64,000 nucleotides of DNA from Candidatus Woesearchaeota archaeon (GCA_964437455.1 CAYTGG010000001.1:20930-84929), one strand, 5' to 3'; shown: positions 1-11,500, counted from the stretch's first letter. Translations and numbers: made by a program. The notes: generated from the sequence alone by a model not told the origin.

Positions 1-1
1 A

Positions 2-118
2 ATTCCTGCTGAATCTTTTTTATTAGGAAGAAAATTTACTTTACTTAGAAATCTTCTTAGCTTCCTCTTTGCAATAATCGTCGCTATTTTGACAGTAATC
101 ATTTTAGGAGTTTTATGA
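2..118 (+). CDS. C-terminal end of a membrane protein truncated by the window start; ATGA overlap with the next ORF, so probably the first half of a split permease
   Basis: Frame 2 reads IPAESFLLGRKFTLLRNLLSFLFAIIVAILTVIILGVL* with stop at 116-118, overlapping the ATG at 115; hydrophobic. Confidence 0.3.
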   Translation: MPAESFLLGRKFTLLRNLLSFLFAIIVAILTVIILGVL

Positions 119-657
119 TGTTAAGAGAAAAAAAAGAAAAAAGAATAATACAAAGATTAAGAGAAAGGGAGATAGGTGGAACTTGGTATTTTCTTTCTGC
201 AATGATTTTAGTTTATATAATATTACTTTTTGTTAATTCTGGGATATTTTTATCTTCTCTAAATTTATTTTTTGATATTTTCTCAACAATAATTCCAATT
301 TTCTTTGTTGTTTTTATTTTAATGGCTATTTCAAACTATTTTATTACTCCAGAAATTAGTATTAAATATTTAAAAAGAAAAGGACCAAAAAAATGGTTTT
401 TTACTATTATAGGAGGAATTTTATCTTCAGGACCTATTTATATGTGGTATCCTCTTTTAGCTGATTTAAAAGAGAAAGGAATTTCTAATGGACTTATTGC
501 TTGCTTTTTGTATAATCGTTCTGTTAAAATTCCTTTAATTCCTATTATGCTTGTTTATTTTAATTGGAAATATGTTTTTGTTTTACTTTTTATTATGATC
601 TTTATTTCAGTTATTCAAGGAATAATAATAAATAAATTTTATGAGGAGGAAAAATGA
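115..657 (+). CDS. Polytopic membrane protein, putative permease (COG0701/DUF318-like)
   Basis: 180 aa with 4-5 hydrophobic helices; start overlaps the upstream stop. Confidence 0.4.
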   Translation: MMLREKKEKRIIQRLREREIGGTWYFLSAMILVYIILLFVNSGIFLSSLNLFFDIFSTIIPIFFVVFILMAISNYFITPEISIKYLKRKGPKKWFFTIIGGILSSGPIYMWYPLLADLKEKGISNGLIACFLYNRSVKIPLIPIMLVYFNWKYVFVLLFIMIFISVIQGIIINKFYEEEK

Positions 658-956
658 AAATAGGAATAGCAACTGAAAAAGAGAATGTAGAAGGAGAAGT
701 TAGTATGAGGGCTGGAAGAGCTCCGTATTATCTAATCTTTGAGAATAAGAAATTAGTTAAAAAGATGAAAAATCCTTTTGCAGTTGGTGGAGGAGGTGCT
801 GGATTTTCAGTAGCAAAAATGCTTTCTGATGAAGGAGTTAAGAAAGTTGTTTCTGGAAGTCTTGGAGGAAATATGAAAACTGCTTTAGAAGGAAGAGGAG
901 TTAAATCTGAAGAATTTACAGGAAGCATAAAAGAAGCTCTTGAAAAGTTTAGTTAA
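654..956 (+). CDS. NifX/NifB-type dinitrogenase FeMo-cofactor family domain protein (PF02579-like)
   Basis: MKIGIAT...GRAPYYLIF...GGGGAGFSVAKMLSDEGVKKVVSGSLGGN matches the MKIA.as.....HFG.ap.f.iyd...GGG.G.....l...gv..vi.g..G pattern; GGAGG-like RBS upstream (gaggagg). Confidence 0.6.
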   Translation: MKIGIATEKENVEGEVSMRAGRAPYYLIFENKKLVKKMKNPFAVGGGGAGFSVAKMLSDEGVKKVVSGSLGGNMKTALEGRGVKSEEFTGSIKEALEKFS

Positions 957-965
957 ATTTATTAA

Positions 966-1172
966 TTGTATAAACTAAATTCTTTTATGAATAATCTAAG
1001 TAGAACTCTTACTGGAGGAATTATGATACTAATTGGAATTTTCTTAATTGTTGTTTCATTTTTTTTAGATTACTTTTTTTTAATCTATGGAATTGTACTT
1101 TTTGTTATAGGTCTTATAATCTATTTTAATAAAAAAGAAGATGAAATAGAAAAAATTAAAAAGCAGAAATGA
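966..1172 (+). CDS. Small membrane protein (2 TM)
   Basis: 68 aa, two hydrophobic helices, ATGA overlap with the next gene. Confidence 0.3.
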   Translation: MYKLNSFMNNLSRTLTGGIMILIGIFLIVVSFFLDYFFLIYGIVLFVIGLIIYFNKKEDEIEKIKKQK

Positions 1173-1507
1173 ATAATAAAAAGATGAAAGATATTATTGC
1201 CACTACTGGTAATGAGATTCCAGAAAAGCAGATTAAAGAAATTTTAGGAGTAGTTAAAGGAAATACTGTAAGAGCGAGAAACATAGGAAGAGATATTGGT
1301 GCTGGATTTAAGAATCTCATAGGAGGAGAAGTAAAGACTTATACTCAAATGACTAGTGACTCTAGAGATGAAGCTTTTAATAGGATGGTAAATCAAGCAG
1401 TTGATCTCAAAGCAGACGCTATTATTGGAATAAGATTTATGACTTCTATGGTAATGCAAGGAGCATCTGAAATGCTTGCTTATGGAACTGCAGTTAAATT
1501 GAAATAA
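1169..1507 (+). CDS. YbjQ/UPF0145 (DUF74) family protein
   Basis: I..TTG.EIP...I.E.LG.V.G..V.A.NIGRD..AGFKN..GGE...Y........EAF.RM...A..L.ADAIIGIRF......GASEMLAYGTAVKL is the typical YbjQ signature. Confidence 0.7.
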   Translation: MNNKKMKDIIATTGNEIPEKQIKEILGVVKGNTVRARNIGRDIGAGFKNLIGGEVKTYTQMTSDSRDEAFNRMVNQAVDLKADAIIGIRFMTSMVMQGASEMLAYGTAVKLK

Positions 1508-1542
1508 ATTAAATTTAGATAAATTAAATAAGAAAAATTAAA

Positions 1543-1683
1543 ATGACAGAAGAATCTTGTATCTTTCCAAAATGTCCAAAATGTAATAAAGGATATTTAG
1601 TTCCTTTTTCATATAAAGAAGATGTTTTTGAAAAATGGAAATGTACTAATCCTGAATGTGGTTATGTTGTTCAAAAAAGATAA
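1543..1683 (+). CDS. Small zinc-ribbon protein (46 aa), missed by the ORF track because it is under 60 aa
   Basis: MTEESCIFPKCPKCNKGYLVPFSYKEDVFEKWKCTNPECGYVVQKR*; two CxxC pairs. Confidence 0.35.
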   Translation: MTEESCIFPKCPKCNKGYLVPFSYKEDVFEKWKCTNPECGYVVQKR

Positions 1684-1938
1684 CTATTTTTTATAGATTA
1701 TTGATTGAATTAAGAGAATCATCCATAGAATAGCATTAAATAAAGTTATTCCACTTGATAAATATAATTTTAATGTTAAAAAAGTTGTTCCCATAATATA
1801 AAGTGCTATAGTAGTTATGATTCCTGTTTGTACTGTGATATAATTTTTTCTACTCTTAAATCCTTTATAGATTTGAGGAATTAATGCATATCCCATTAGA
1901 ATATTCGCGATAGTTATAATTATATCTTGCCAAATCAT
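1684..1938 (-). CDS. SemiSWEET-like PQ-loop 3-TM transporter
   Basis: 84 aa, 3 TM, PQ motif in the first helix (ALIPQIYKGFKSRK); the size and topology fit the semiSWEET half-transporter. Confidence 0.5.
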   Translation of the reverse strand: MIWQDIIITIANILMGYALIPQIYKGFKSRKNYITVQTGIITTIALYIMGTTFLTLKLYLSSGITLFNAILWMILLIQSIIYKK

Positions 1939-1956
1939 TTTATATTATTTAAAAAA

Positions 1957-2028
1957 AGCCTGCAGAGGGATTCAAACCCCCGGCCTACTGATTACAGGTC
2001 AGTCGCTCTATCACTGAGCTATGCAGGC
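1957..2028 (-). tRNA. tRNA-Thr(UGU) candidate
   Basis: Reverse complement folds as a cloverleaf: GCCTGCA/TGCAGGC acceptor, GCTC/GAGC D-stem, ACTGA/TCAGT anticodon stem with loop CCTGTAA (anticodon TGT, unusual C33), GGGGG-TTTGAAT-CCCTC T-arm; discriminator U. Confidence 0.55.
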
Positions 2029-2082
2029 ATTTTAAAATTTAAGAGCTTAAATTAGTTTAAGCAGAAGTATTTAAAAGATTTC

Positions 2083-2634
2083 TTATTGTTCTTTTTTTTC
2101 AAATCTTTTCTCAACATTTAAAATTCTAATTTCACAAAGACTTAGTGGATAGATTTTTTTTAATTTTAAACTTAGAGATTTTTGAAGAATGCTCTTTAAA
2201 GTATCACTAAATATTTCATCTACTTTCTTGTTTTTAGAATAATCTAATAATTCTTCTTTTGTTTTTTCTCTTAAAGCTTTTCTTACTCTTTTAGAAATCT
2301 TTCTTCTAGTAACCAAAAGTGGCTTTATTCTTATCTGAGCATCCTTACATTCTAAAGAAATAGAGTCTTCAACATAATTAGTTCTCTTTCTGACAACTTT
2401 TCTTATGAATGTTTGAACTATTTCAAACTTTTTTGGTATAGAAGTAGCTTTCTCTCCATCTATTCTGACTTCTGTACTCAATAAAGCATTTTTTCCTTTA
2501 AGTATTCTTGTCAAATCGTATTTGATTATTCTTTTTTCTGTATCTTTAAGAGTATATGCATATAAATAAGTAGTTTTATTTATAATTGGAATATCTACTT
2601 CAAAAAATCTTTTTTTCTTTTTTGCTATTGCCAT
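2083..2634 (-). CDS. rps3ae: 30S ribosomal protein S3Ae (eS1)
   Basis: MAIAKKKKRFFEVDIP... the N-terminal pattern and ~185 aa length are typical of S3Ae. Confidence 0.8.
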   Translation of the reverse strand: MAIAKKKKRFFEVDIPIINKTTYLYAYTLKDTEKRIIKYDLTRILKGKNALLSTEVRIDGEKATSIPKKFEIVQTFIRKVVRKRTNYVEDSISLECKDAQIRIKPLLVTRRKISKRVRKALREKTKEELLDYSKNKKVDEIFSDTLKSILQKSLSLKLKKIYPLSLCEIRILNVEKRFEKKEQ

Positions 2635-2635
2635 T

Positions 2636-2950
2636 TTATTCTTGTATTAACTTATTTGTTCTTTTATTTCTTCTTGATTGACGATAATGTGCTTTTCCAC
2701 ATTCACTACAAATATACATAATATTTGTCTTTTTGTTTGTCTTTGTCTTCCTTTTAAATTTGCTAACTGCAGGTTTTGAATATTTTCCTTTATTTCCTAC
2801 TCCTCTACTCTGTCCTCTCAACTTTGCTCTTGATTTGCTTCCTCTAGTCAAAGTTCCTCTTTTAGAACCTGTTCCTACTACTTTAATCTTATGCTCTGTT
2901 TTTTTCCTACAATAAGGACAATATCTCTGAATCTTCTTTGGAATTTTCAT
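2636..2950 (-). CDS. rpl44e: 50S ribosomal protein L44e (eL42)
   Basis: MKIPKKIQRYCPYCRKKTEHK...YICSECGKAHYRQ matches the L44e zinc ribbon (YCP.C..H...Y.C.ECGKAH). Confidence 0.85.
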   Translation of the reverse strand: MKIPKKIQRYCPYCRKKTEHKIKVVGTGSKRGTLTRGSKSRAKLRGQSRGVGNKGKYSKPAVSKFKRKTKTNKKTNIMYICSECGKAHYRQSRRNKRTNKLIQE

Positions 2951-2988
2951 AAAGAAGAAAAATAAGTTGGGTTTTTAAAGTTAATTAA

Positions 2989-3060
2989 TGGTTCCATCCG
3001 GAATCGAACCGGAGTTACATCCACGTCAAGGATGTGTCTTAACCACTGGACTATGGAACC
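2989..3060 (-). tRNA. tRNA-Val(GAC)
   Basis: Reverse complement GGTTCCA..CATCC-TTGACGT-GGATG..TCCGG-TTCGATT-CCGGA-TGGAACC-A; anticodon GAC, discriminator A. Confidence 0.8.
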
Positions 3061-3113
3061 TGCTAAAAAATGACTCTCGGAATATTTAAATATAATCATT
3101 TCTTTTTTTAGTA

Positions 3114-3341
3114 ATGTTCTTGAAAAAAAGCCCTCCACAGTATATTCCAGTTAGACCCAGAAGAATGAATCATCTTATCTTTCTAGGTTATTTAATTATA
3201 GGCTTTTATTTTATAAATTATCCTTTTGAATTTATAGAAGTTCCTGATTTTATTTTAGATTTTAATCAATGGATAATTCTTGCTGGAGGAATTCTTATGT
3301 TGATAGGCGCATTAAATTATTTTAAATTAAAAAAGAGATAA
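3114..3341 (+). CDS. Small membrane protein (2 TM), hypothetical
   Basis: 75 aa, hydrophobic; no recognisable family. Confidence 0.25.
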   Translation: MFLKKSPPQYIPVRPRRMNHLIFLGYLIIGFYFINYPFEFIEVPDFILDFNQWIILAGGILMLIGALNYFKLKKR

Positions 3342-3503
3342 TTTTTTAAAACAATTTCTAAAATTTTATCCTATCTTACATTTTTCTGATTAGCTTAGTA
3401 ACTTACTTAGTAACTTAGTTAATAAGTTAATTATTAAGAAACATTTATATATTTAAATTTTATATTATATTATACTAAATTAGAATTTTTAAAAAAAAGA
3501 TTT

Positions 3504-3636
3504 ATGAAGAAATATTTGCTTCTCATAGAAGATGAAAAGGTCTGGCAGAAATTTAAAGATATTATTAATAAAGATATCAATACAGAAATTATAGATTTAA
3601 TAAAGAAAAGAATTAATTCGGAAGTTAAAAAAAATG
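3504..3636 (+). CDS. Small ORF (44 aa), stop overlapping the start of the 621-aa gene (ATGA); possible leader or first gene of the giant-protein array
   Basis: MKKYLLLIEDEKVWQKFKDIINKDINTEIIDLIKKRINSEVKKNDK*; ATGA overlap at 3634-3637. Confidence 0.3.
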
Positions 3637-5499
3637 ATAAGTAAATTTTTTCCTAAATATAAGAAGTCACAAGTAACTTTATTTATCATATTGGCTATAA
3701 TGATTGTTGCAGGAACAGTCTCTTTTATAGTATTTAAAGATCTTTTTATTCCTGGAGAAATTCCACATAATTTAGAACCAGTTTATGATACTTTTCTTTC
3801 TTGTTTAAATGAGGATATAAAAGTTGGAATTGATATTTTAGAAAGTCAAGGAGGTTATATTAAATTACCAGAATTTGAATCTGGATCAGATTATATGCCC
3901 TTTTCCTCTCAATTGAACTTTGTTGGAACTTCTATTCCTTATTGGTATTATGTTTCTGGAAATAATATCCAAAAAGAACAAATTCCTAGTAAGATAGAAA
4001 TGGAAAAACAATTAGAAAGTTTTGTTGAGGAGAAAATTTATGATTGTTCATTTGAAGATTATTATAAACAAGGTTTTGAAATATCTTTTGGAGAACCTAA
4101 AGTAAATATTAAAATACTCAAAAAAGGAGTTGAAGCTGATATTAATATGAATTTAGCTATTAAAAAAGGAAATGATAGTGTTAGAGTAGAAAATCATAGT
4201 ATTTTAGTTAACTCTAATCTAGGAAATTTGTATGAATCTGCTAAAAAAATTTATGATAAAGAACAGGAAGAATTATTTTTAGAAAAATATACTCTAGATG
4301 TTTTAAGATTATATGCTCCTGTAGATGGAGTTGAATTAACCTGCAGTCCTCTTATATGGAATGCTAACGAAGTTTTTGATGAACTTGAAAATTCAATAGA
4401 AGCAAATATTCTTGCTTTGAAAACAAAAGGAGGAGATTATTCTTTAAAGAAAAAAGAAGATAAATACTTTGTCTTAGACTTAGATGAAAATGCAAGATTT
4501 ATCACTTCTAAAAATTTTAGTCATTCTTTTGAGGTCTCACCCTCTGAAGGATCTATTCTAATTGCTGAACCAGTAGGAAATCAACCAGGTTTAGGTGCAT
4601 TAGGATTTTGTTATGTACCCTATCATTTTGTTTATTCCTTAAAATATCCTGTTCTAGTTCAGGTATATTCTAATAAATTCCAAGAAATTTTTCAATTTCC
4701 AGTCGCAGTTATTATTCAAGGAAATCAACCTAGAGAACCTTTAGAAACTAATGCAATTGAATTCGGAATTCCTGATTTTTGTAAATATAAAAATACATTA
4801 ATGAAAGTAAAAACTTATGATATGAGTTCAAATTCTATTGACTCTCAAATTTCTTATGAATGTCTTGGAACTGTTTGTGATATTGGAGAGACAGAAAACG
4901 GAATTTTAACTTCAGCATTTCCACAATGTGTTAATGGTTATATAATTGCAAAATCAGAAGGATTTGAAGAAACAAAGTATCTATCTTCTACAACTTCTTC
5001 AAAAAATGTAGAAATATTCTTATATAAACTTTATAATTTGAGTATAGATCTGAATTTAGAAGGAAGAGAATATAATGGAAATGCTATAATTCACTTTAAT
5101 TCTGATAAGAATTCGAAAACAATAGTATATCCAGAAAGAAAAAGCGTTGAATTAAGCGAAGGACAGTATGAAATTAAAGTTTATATTTATAGAAATTCTT
5201 CATTAAAATTGGAAGAAGTTACTTATGAACAATGTGTAGATGTTCCTAAATCAGGTTTAGGAAGTTTTTTTGGTTTAACAGAAGAAAAATGTTTTGAAAT
5301 GAAAGTTCCTGAGCAAATAATTCCTCAATCTTTAGCAGGAGGAGGAACACAAAATCATTATATTTTAGATTCTGATTTAAAAAATTCAAGAAATATTAAA
5401 ATAAATGTACAAAGTCTTCCTGAACCAAAAACTATTGAAGATTTACAAAATAATTATTTATTATTTGAAGATAAAGGCTTAAATATTTTATTTAGATAA
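3634..5499 (+). CDS. Membrane-anchored (N-terminal TM) extracellular protein, 621 aa; partner of the giant protein
   Basis: N-terminal TM helix LFIILAIMIVAGTVSFIVF, then a large Cys-containing ectodomain; a 24-nt gap to the 2051-aa gene suggests co-transcription. Confidence 0.6.
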   Translation: MISKFFPKYKKSQVTLFIILAIMIVAGTVSFIVFKDLFIPGEIPHNLEPVYDTFLSCLNEDIKVGIDILESQGGYIKLPEFESGSDYMPFSSQLNFVGTSIPYWYYVSGNNIQKEQIPSKIEMEKQLESFVEEKIYDCSFEDYYKQGFEISFGEPKVNIKILKKGVEADINMNLAIKKGNDSVRVENHSILVNSNLGNLYESAKKIYDKEQEELFLEKYTLDVLRLYAPVDGVELTCSPLIWNANEVFDELENSIEANILALKTKGGDYSLKKKEDKYFVLDLDENARFITSKNFSHSFEVSPSEGSILIAEPVGNQPGLGALGFCYVPYHFVYSLKYPVLVQVYSNKFQEIFQFPVAVIIQGNQPREPLETNAIEFGIPDFCKYKNTLMKVKTYDMSSNSIDSQISYECLGTVCDIGETENGILTSAFPQCVNGYIIAKSEGFEETKYLSSTTSSKNVEIFLYKLYNLSIDLNLEGREYNGNAIIHFNSDKNSKTIVYPERKSVELSEGQYEIKVYIYRNSSLKLEEVTYEQCVDVPKSGLGSFFGLTEEKCFEMKVPEQIIPQSLAGGGTQNHYILDSDLKNSRNIKINVQSLPEPKTIEDLQNNYLLFEDKGLNILFR

Positions 5500-5522
5500 A
5501 ATGAAAAATAAAGAAATAAAAA

Positions 5523-8500
5523 ATGAATAAAAAAATCCTAATAATTTTTGGAATGTTTCTTTTAATAGGAATTTTCTTAATAATAAGTATCTCAGCAACT
5601 TATATGCGTTCTAATGCTGCTTATACTACTTCTGGAACAAGTTTTAATTATAATTATGGATATTCAGGAGAATGGCAGGTTGATAGTTCTATGTGCGAGG
5701 CTGGACAAGATTTTGTAATTCAAATTGCTCCTTTTGGATGTGAGCCAGCTGTTGTCAGAAGTGATTTACTTGAAGAGCAGAATGTTCCTGTTTATTGTCA
5801 ATTAGGAGCTACTAAAATAAATCCTTTAATAGAAGTTGAAGCTATTGAAAGCATAGATTTTTCTGGAAATTATCCTAAAGAAATTGCTGGAGTTGGTTTT
5901 CATCCTGCAAAGGCAGCTTTGGGATTAGATGGAGATTTAAATTCTCCAATTTTGAATAATATTGGTTATGTAGTTATATTATTAAGACAACAATCAAATG
6001 AGTCAGAAATGCCAGATTATGTATCAGGAAATTTAACTGCTAAAATAAGATATGATATAGAAGATGCTTATGGTATCGGAGATGCAACTTTTTATCTTCC
6101 TAAATTAGATGATTTAGAATGGAATTCAAGAAAGAATCAGTATAGTTTTTGGAAAGGAAGAGGTTATCTAAGAGCAGAAGGAATTGAAACAGATGGAGCT
6201 TCAGTTTCTCTTTATGATGGAAAAATGGAAAAAATAACTTCTGTTAATCTAAAAAGAGGAGAAATCTCCAATAAGATTTATCTTCCTGGATTTGATTGTT
6301 TAGCTGGACTTAAATTGAAATTAGAAGGTTTAGAAGCTCCAGATACTCGAGCTAAGTTAGATATTAATGGAGAAATAATAGAAGTTGCAAAAGGTGAAAA
6401 GTTTTTAGAAGAAAGATGTCAGATTGAAGATATTAATAAAAAGGGACTTATAGATTTTGTTGAGATAAAATGCAGAGAAGATGAGCAAGGATTATTTGGA
6501 GGAGAAACTTTTCCTCTAAAAATTAGTCCTAAAATTAATTTGAGTATTTATAACAAAGAAGGAAATTTAATCAAAAAGGGTAGCTTTGACATAGGAGATT
6601 ATCTGTATGATTATGGGCACAAGAGAGTATATTTAGGATATGCTAATACTTTTGGATATAGTAATGAAGAAAAAGATTTGTATGTCCATCTTGTTGCTAT
6701 TCCTTCTTCTGTTAATAAGGATAAATTAACTAATGAAGAAATTGATTCTTTTACATCTTATGATAAAGGAGTTATGGGTAAAGAAGAAGTGAAAAGTATT
6801 TCTAATTTAATAAAAAGTTCATTTGAAACTTATAAGAGTATCTCTATAAATATAGGGAAGTGGATGATAAAAGGACAAAATCTAAGAGCTCTTTCTCTTG
6901 AAGAGGGAAAAACTGAGATTTTTGATTCTCAAATACAACTTCATGGTTTTGCAGGAGCACAAAATATTAAATTTGATAATAAAAAAATTGAATATTATTA
7001 TGAGAAATCTATGGAAAGTTATGATAAAATTGTAAATTCATATTCTAATGAGAAACTTCCTTATGGATTATATGAAGAAGGAATAACTTCTGGAGAAGAA
7101 GCTTTTTACAGAAAAATTTCTCTTGCATTTAGCTTAGGACAAAAAAAGACTGCTTATGATTTGTGTGAAGAGTTTAAACAAAAATATCCTAATTCAGAAA
7201 AGAATTTAAATGAATTTCTTAATGAACTTTATAAATTCTCAAATAAAGAACTTTCAAGTATAGATGTTATAATTAATGGAAAATCAAGGAAAATCTCTTT
7301 TGAAGGAATATTTGAACCAAGTATAAATGATTATTCTGCTAAAATTTTTATAGAAGGAACAGATGGAAAAATTAATGAGATTACTCTGACTAAAGGGCAG
7401 ATATATTCCTTAGGAGAATTAAGAGGAGATAAAGACTTTATCTATACTTCTTATCTGGGAGAAGCTTATCCTCTACATTTTTCATTTATATCAAATAAAT
7501 GGCATTGGTCCTTTGATAAAAAAATCTGGAAAGAAGTTTCTATAGAAGAAGGAAATAAAATTAAAGAAAATATTGATGAATACTTTACAGGAAAATTAAT
7601 TTATCCAGATTTCATTCCCTCTTCTACTATAGTAAATTCTGAGGAAATTGATTCAACAAAGAAATTATTTTATTATTTAAGTAATTTAGATGATATAAAT
7701 AGTTTTGAAAAGGGAAAAGATAAATTAAGTGAAGAAGGATATAGTGGAAGTGTTACAGAAGAGTATATTAAACTTGTAGAACTTGAAGATAACTCAGCAA
7801 AATTAGAATTTAATCTTCATCCAAAGGGTTTTTGGAGCACTGCTAAGACAGTTACAATATCAAATGATAAAGGAACATTAACAGAAGATACTCCTGAGGA
7901 CTTTGGAAGTGATTTTATTTTTACACTTACTGATGTAACTCTTAAAAAATCAGCAAAAGTTTCTGTAATACCTACAATAGATTATGCAGGCTCTGAAACC
8001 AACTTTTCTTTTAAAATTGGAATTGATAAAAGAGCAATAAAACTTTCTCCTGATAAAATTGAAGAAAAGATAGAAAATTTAAATAAGAGCATTACAGATT
8101 GGGAAGAGAAATCAGAGAAATTAGGAAAAGTTGTGAAAGGACTTAAAACTGCTTGTTTAGCTACTGGTTTATATCTTGTTACTAAGAATTTTCTTTCAAA
8201 TGCAGGAGGAAAATCAATAGCAAGACAAAATATAATGAGATCAAAAGGAGGATGGAATGAAGAATGTAGTAAGCTGGTTAAAGAAGGAAACTATTCTTCT
8301 TTAAATGAATGCTTTACTAAAAATGGAGATAAAATAGAAAGTGATGTGAATAAATATTATGAACAATTAGAAAAACAAAATAATGAAATTAAGAATATGC
8401 AAGAGCCTTTTGAGAATAAAAACTGGTGGGGTGAAAAAAATGTAAATACCGAGGAATTTAAAAAAGTTTATTGTAAGAATGTAAGAAATGAGTTAAATGG

Positions 8501-11500
8501 TCTAGAAAGTACAAAGAAAATAGATTTAGGAGGAGGACAAACAAAGACAGTTTCTGAAATATTAAATGTTATACAAAATGATTGTGAAGGAATTACAGTA
8601 GAACAATTAAGAAGAATGCAGTTAAATTATAGATTGGAGAATATTGATTTGAATTTAAATGTTGCTGGAGAACAATTGGATATAGATTTAGCAAATGTTT
8701 GGGAGGATAATTATAAAGAAGCTGAGAGAGAGAATTTTGAAAAAGAAGCGATTGAAAAAGGAGTAATGAATCCTAATGCTATAAATATTCCTTCAAAAGA
8801 CTCAATAGACATTGCTTATTTTGGTTCTAAGGTTGCTTCATCTAGTAAATTAAGCATAAAAGAAGGAACTCCAATTCAATTAATAACATTTAATCATCAA
8901 GAGTATTATCTAGAATTAGAAGAAACAAAAAAAGGAGAGTTATATATTATAAAGAATGTTTATAATAGTGGTGGTAGCCTTCTAAAAGAAAATGATTTAA
9001 ATGTTGTATCTATTAAAGAAAGAGTAGGAACTATTAAGAAATATGACAAAAAATCTTATGAGAACAAATATGTAAACTCTGTTAGTGATCCTAAAAAACC
9101 TGTTTTGAAATATTATGAAACAGAGCCATATAAAGAGATGCCTGCTTTGGTTCCAGTTGATTTAGATAAAGGTTGGTATGTTTCTATAAAGCAAACTCTT
9201 CCTGTAATGGGAAATATTCAAAGTTATGATAAATCTGGAAAAGTTACTAGCTTTTATCTTTGTAATATTGGAGAAAATGGAAAAGAAGAGGATAGAGGAG
9301 GAGATGATATCTGTGAAATGATAAATACAGGAACAGGACAGCCATACAATCAATTTTATGGATTAGATGATTCAGAAGCTTTAAAAATTGTAAAATGTGC
9401 TGTAGAATCAATCGAACAAGCATCAAAACAATATGGAAATAGTAGAGTTACAATTAGGAATTCTTGTGATACTTTTACTGTTTATGTTGGAGAACCTGCT
9501 GTTGATGTTCCAGACGTTCAATGTCAAGATTTTATGTCTCCTAAAGAATGTCAGTGGTTATTTAATGTGTGTGATCCTGTTATCTGTCCTTCTAGTAGAT
9601 GTAATCTAGGAGGAAATTATCATGTAGCAGATGTAATTCAATCAGGAATTATTGGAAGCATTGTATTATGTTTTCCAAATATAGGAGAAGGAATATATAT
9701 TCCAGTATGTCTTACAGGAGTTCAAGCTGGACTTGACGCATATCTCTCTGTATTAAAATCTTATAGAGATTGTTTAACAGATTCATTAAAAGAAGGAGAA
9801 TTGATAGGAATCTGCGATGAAATATACTCTATACATTTATGCGAGTTTTTCTGGAGACAGACTCTACCTTTAGCAGAAATAGCAATACCTAAATTAACAG
9901 AATTTGCAATGGGACAGAATATTCATGGTGGAGGAGAATATCTTGGAGTTCAGGCTGCATGGGATAATGCTGGAAAATCTGCAGAATATTTTGCAAATTA
10001 TTATGCTTCAACTTCTTTTGAAGCATTTAAATCTAAAATAGTCGAGAAAGTAGGAAGTGAGATATGTGGAAGTTACTCCTCTGCTGTTTATCCTGAAGGA
10101 GGAGATTTATTAGATTCTCTAACAGAACCAGATTCTCCTCCTCAATATTATGGAAGATTTGATGAAATTACTTTAACTACTGTAACTAATCCTCCAACAT
10201 CACAGTATAAGGTATATTATCATATATATGCTGGAAAAGAATCAAGAGCTTATTATCAAGTTTATTTAAAAGAAGGTTATAAAAGCTCTTTTTATAAGGA
10301 TACCTCTTATAATAAAATAGTTGATTCAGGTTATATTTCTAAAGGAGAATATGTTTCTGAGACAAAAGACTTTACTGCACCTTCAGGATATCAACAAATG
10401 TGTATAGTTGTTAATGGAAAAGAAGAATGTGGTTTTAAACAAGTTTCAACATCTTTTGCTATTAATTATGTGGAAGATAAATATTTAGAAGAACAAGCAA
10501 GTCAAAAGGATATAACTTCAGAAAAAGAATGTATTTCTGGAAGTGCAAGCATTTATAGTGTCCTAAATCCAAATCTTCAAAGTGCTGTAGAAGAAATGAT
10601 TAGTCCTGAAATTTATAATAGAGGAATAACTAGAATATGCGCTACTAAGAATCCTGGAATAGGAACAGATACTAATGTAGAAGAGAAAAACTCTAGATGG
10701 ATAGATGTTGGTTATTGTGACGATGAGAATATGAGATGCTGGCTTGATTTAAGTAGTGTTAAAGAGGTTATAGAAATTCTTTATATTGAAAATGAAACAT
10801 TAGATTCTCTTACAAATAAATCTCTTAATGCTTTACAATCTGATGGATTTTTATCAGAAGAAAAATTTAAGGATATTCTTAATGAAATATCTCAGTGTGA
10901 AACTCCAGAAGAAAAAGTTAATAAAATAGATAAAACTCTTGATGAAGAAGATCTTCTCAATAGTCAAAAAGTCAGATTGTTTTTACAAAAAGGAGATATT
11001 TGTAAAGAATTAGCTGAAAAGAGTTATGGAGAAGAAAATGCTAAGAATATTCTAATTAAAGATTCAGATGAAGGTCCAGGAGTTTATGATTCTGATTCTG
11101 ATCAATTAGGAGATGAAGAAAAGAGAACTTGCCAGGAATTATTAGGTGAAGAAATAATAAAGATAGCTAGAGAAATTAAAAATGAGAAGAATATTGATGA
11201 CTCTAAAGTTAAAAATGATACAGGAGTTAAGAATTTTGAATGTTTAATATTGCAACTTGCTATGCAGGAAAGCTCTCTTAAACATTGTAAAGAGATTAAA
11301 GAAGGGGACTGTTTATATTGTGATGGGAATTTAGATAAAGTTTTAAAAGCTTCTGGAGATGGAAAAAGTTATGGAGTTATGCAAATAAATTTAGGAGCTC
11401 ATAGTAATATTGATGTTGAGAATTTTGAAGAGAATGTTAGATATGGAATTAATTATTTAATTAGTAGTTATTCTGAAACTTCTAAATATTACGAATGTCT

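Noticed and set aside
728-928. 66-aa minus-strand ORF
   Set aside because: Antisense to the NifX-like gene; Pro/Gly-rich from the GGAGG codons of the sense strand.
2947-3138. 63-aa ORF on the minus strand
   Set aside because: Lies directly on top of tRNA-Val (2989-3060); the tRNA cloverleaf is much better supported.
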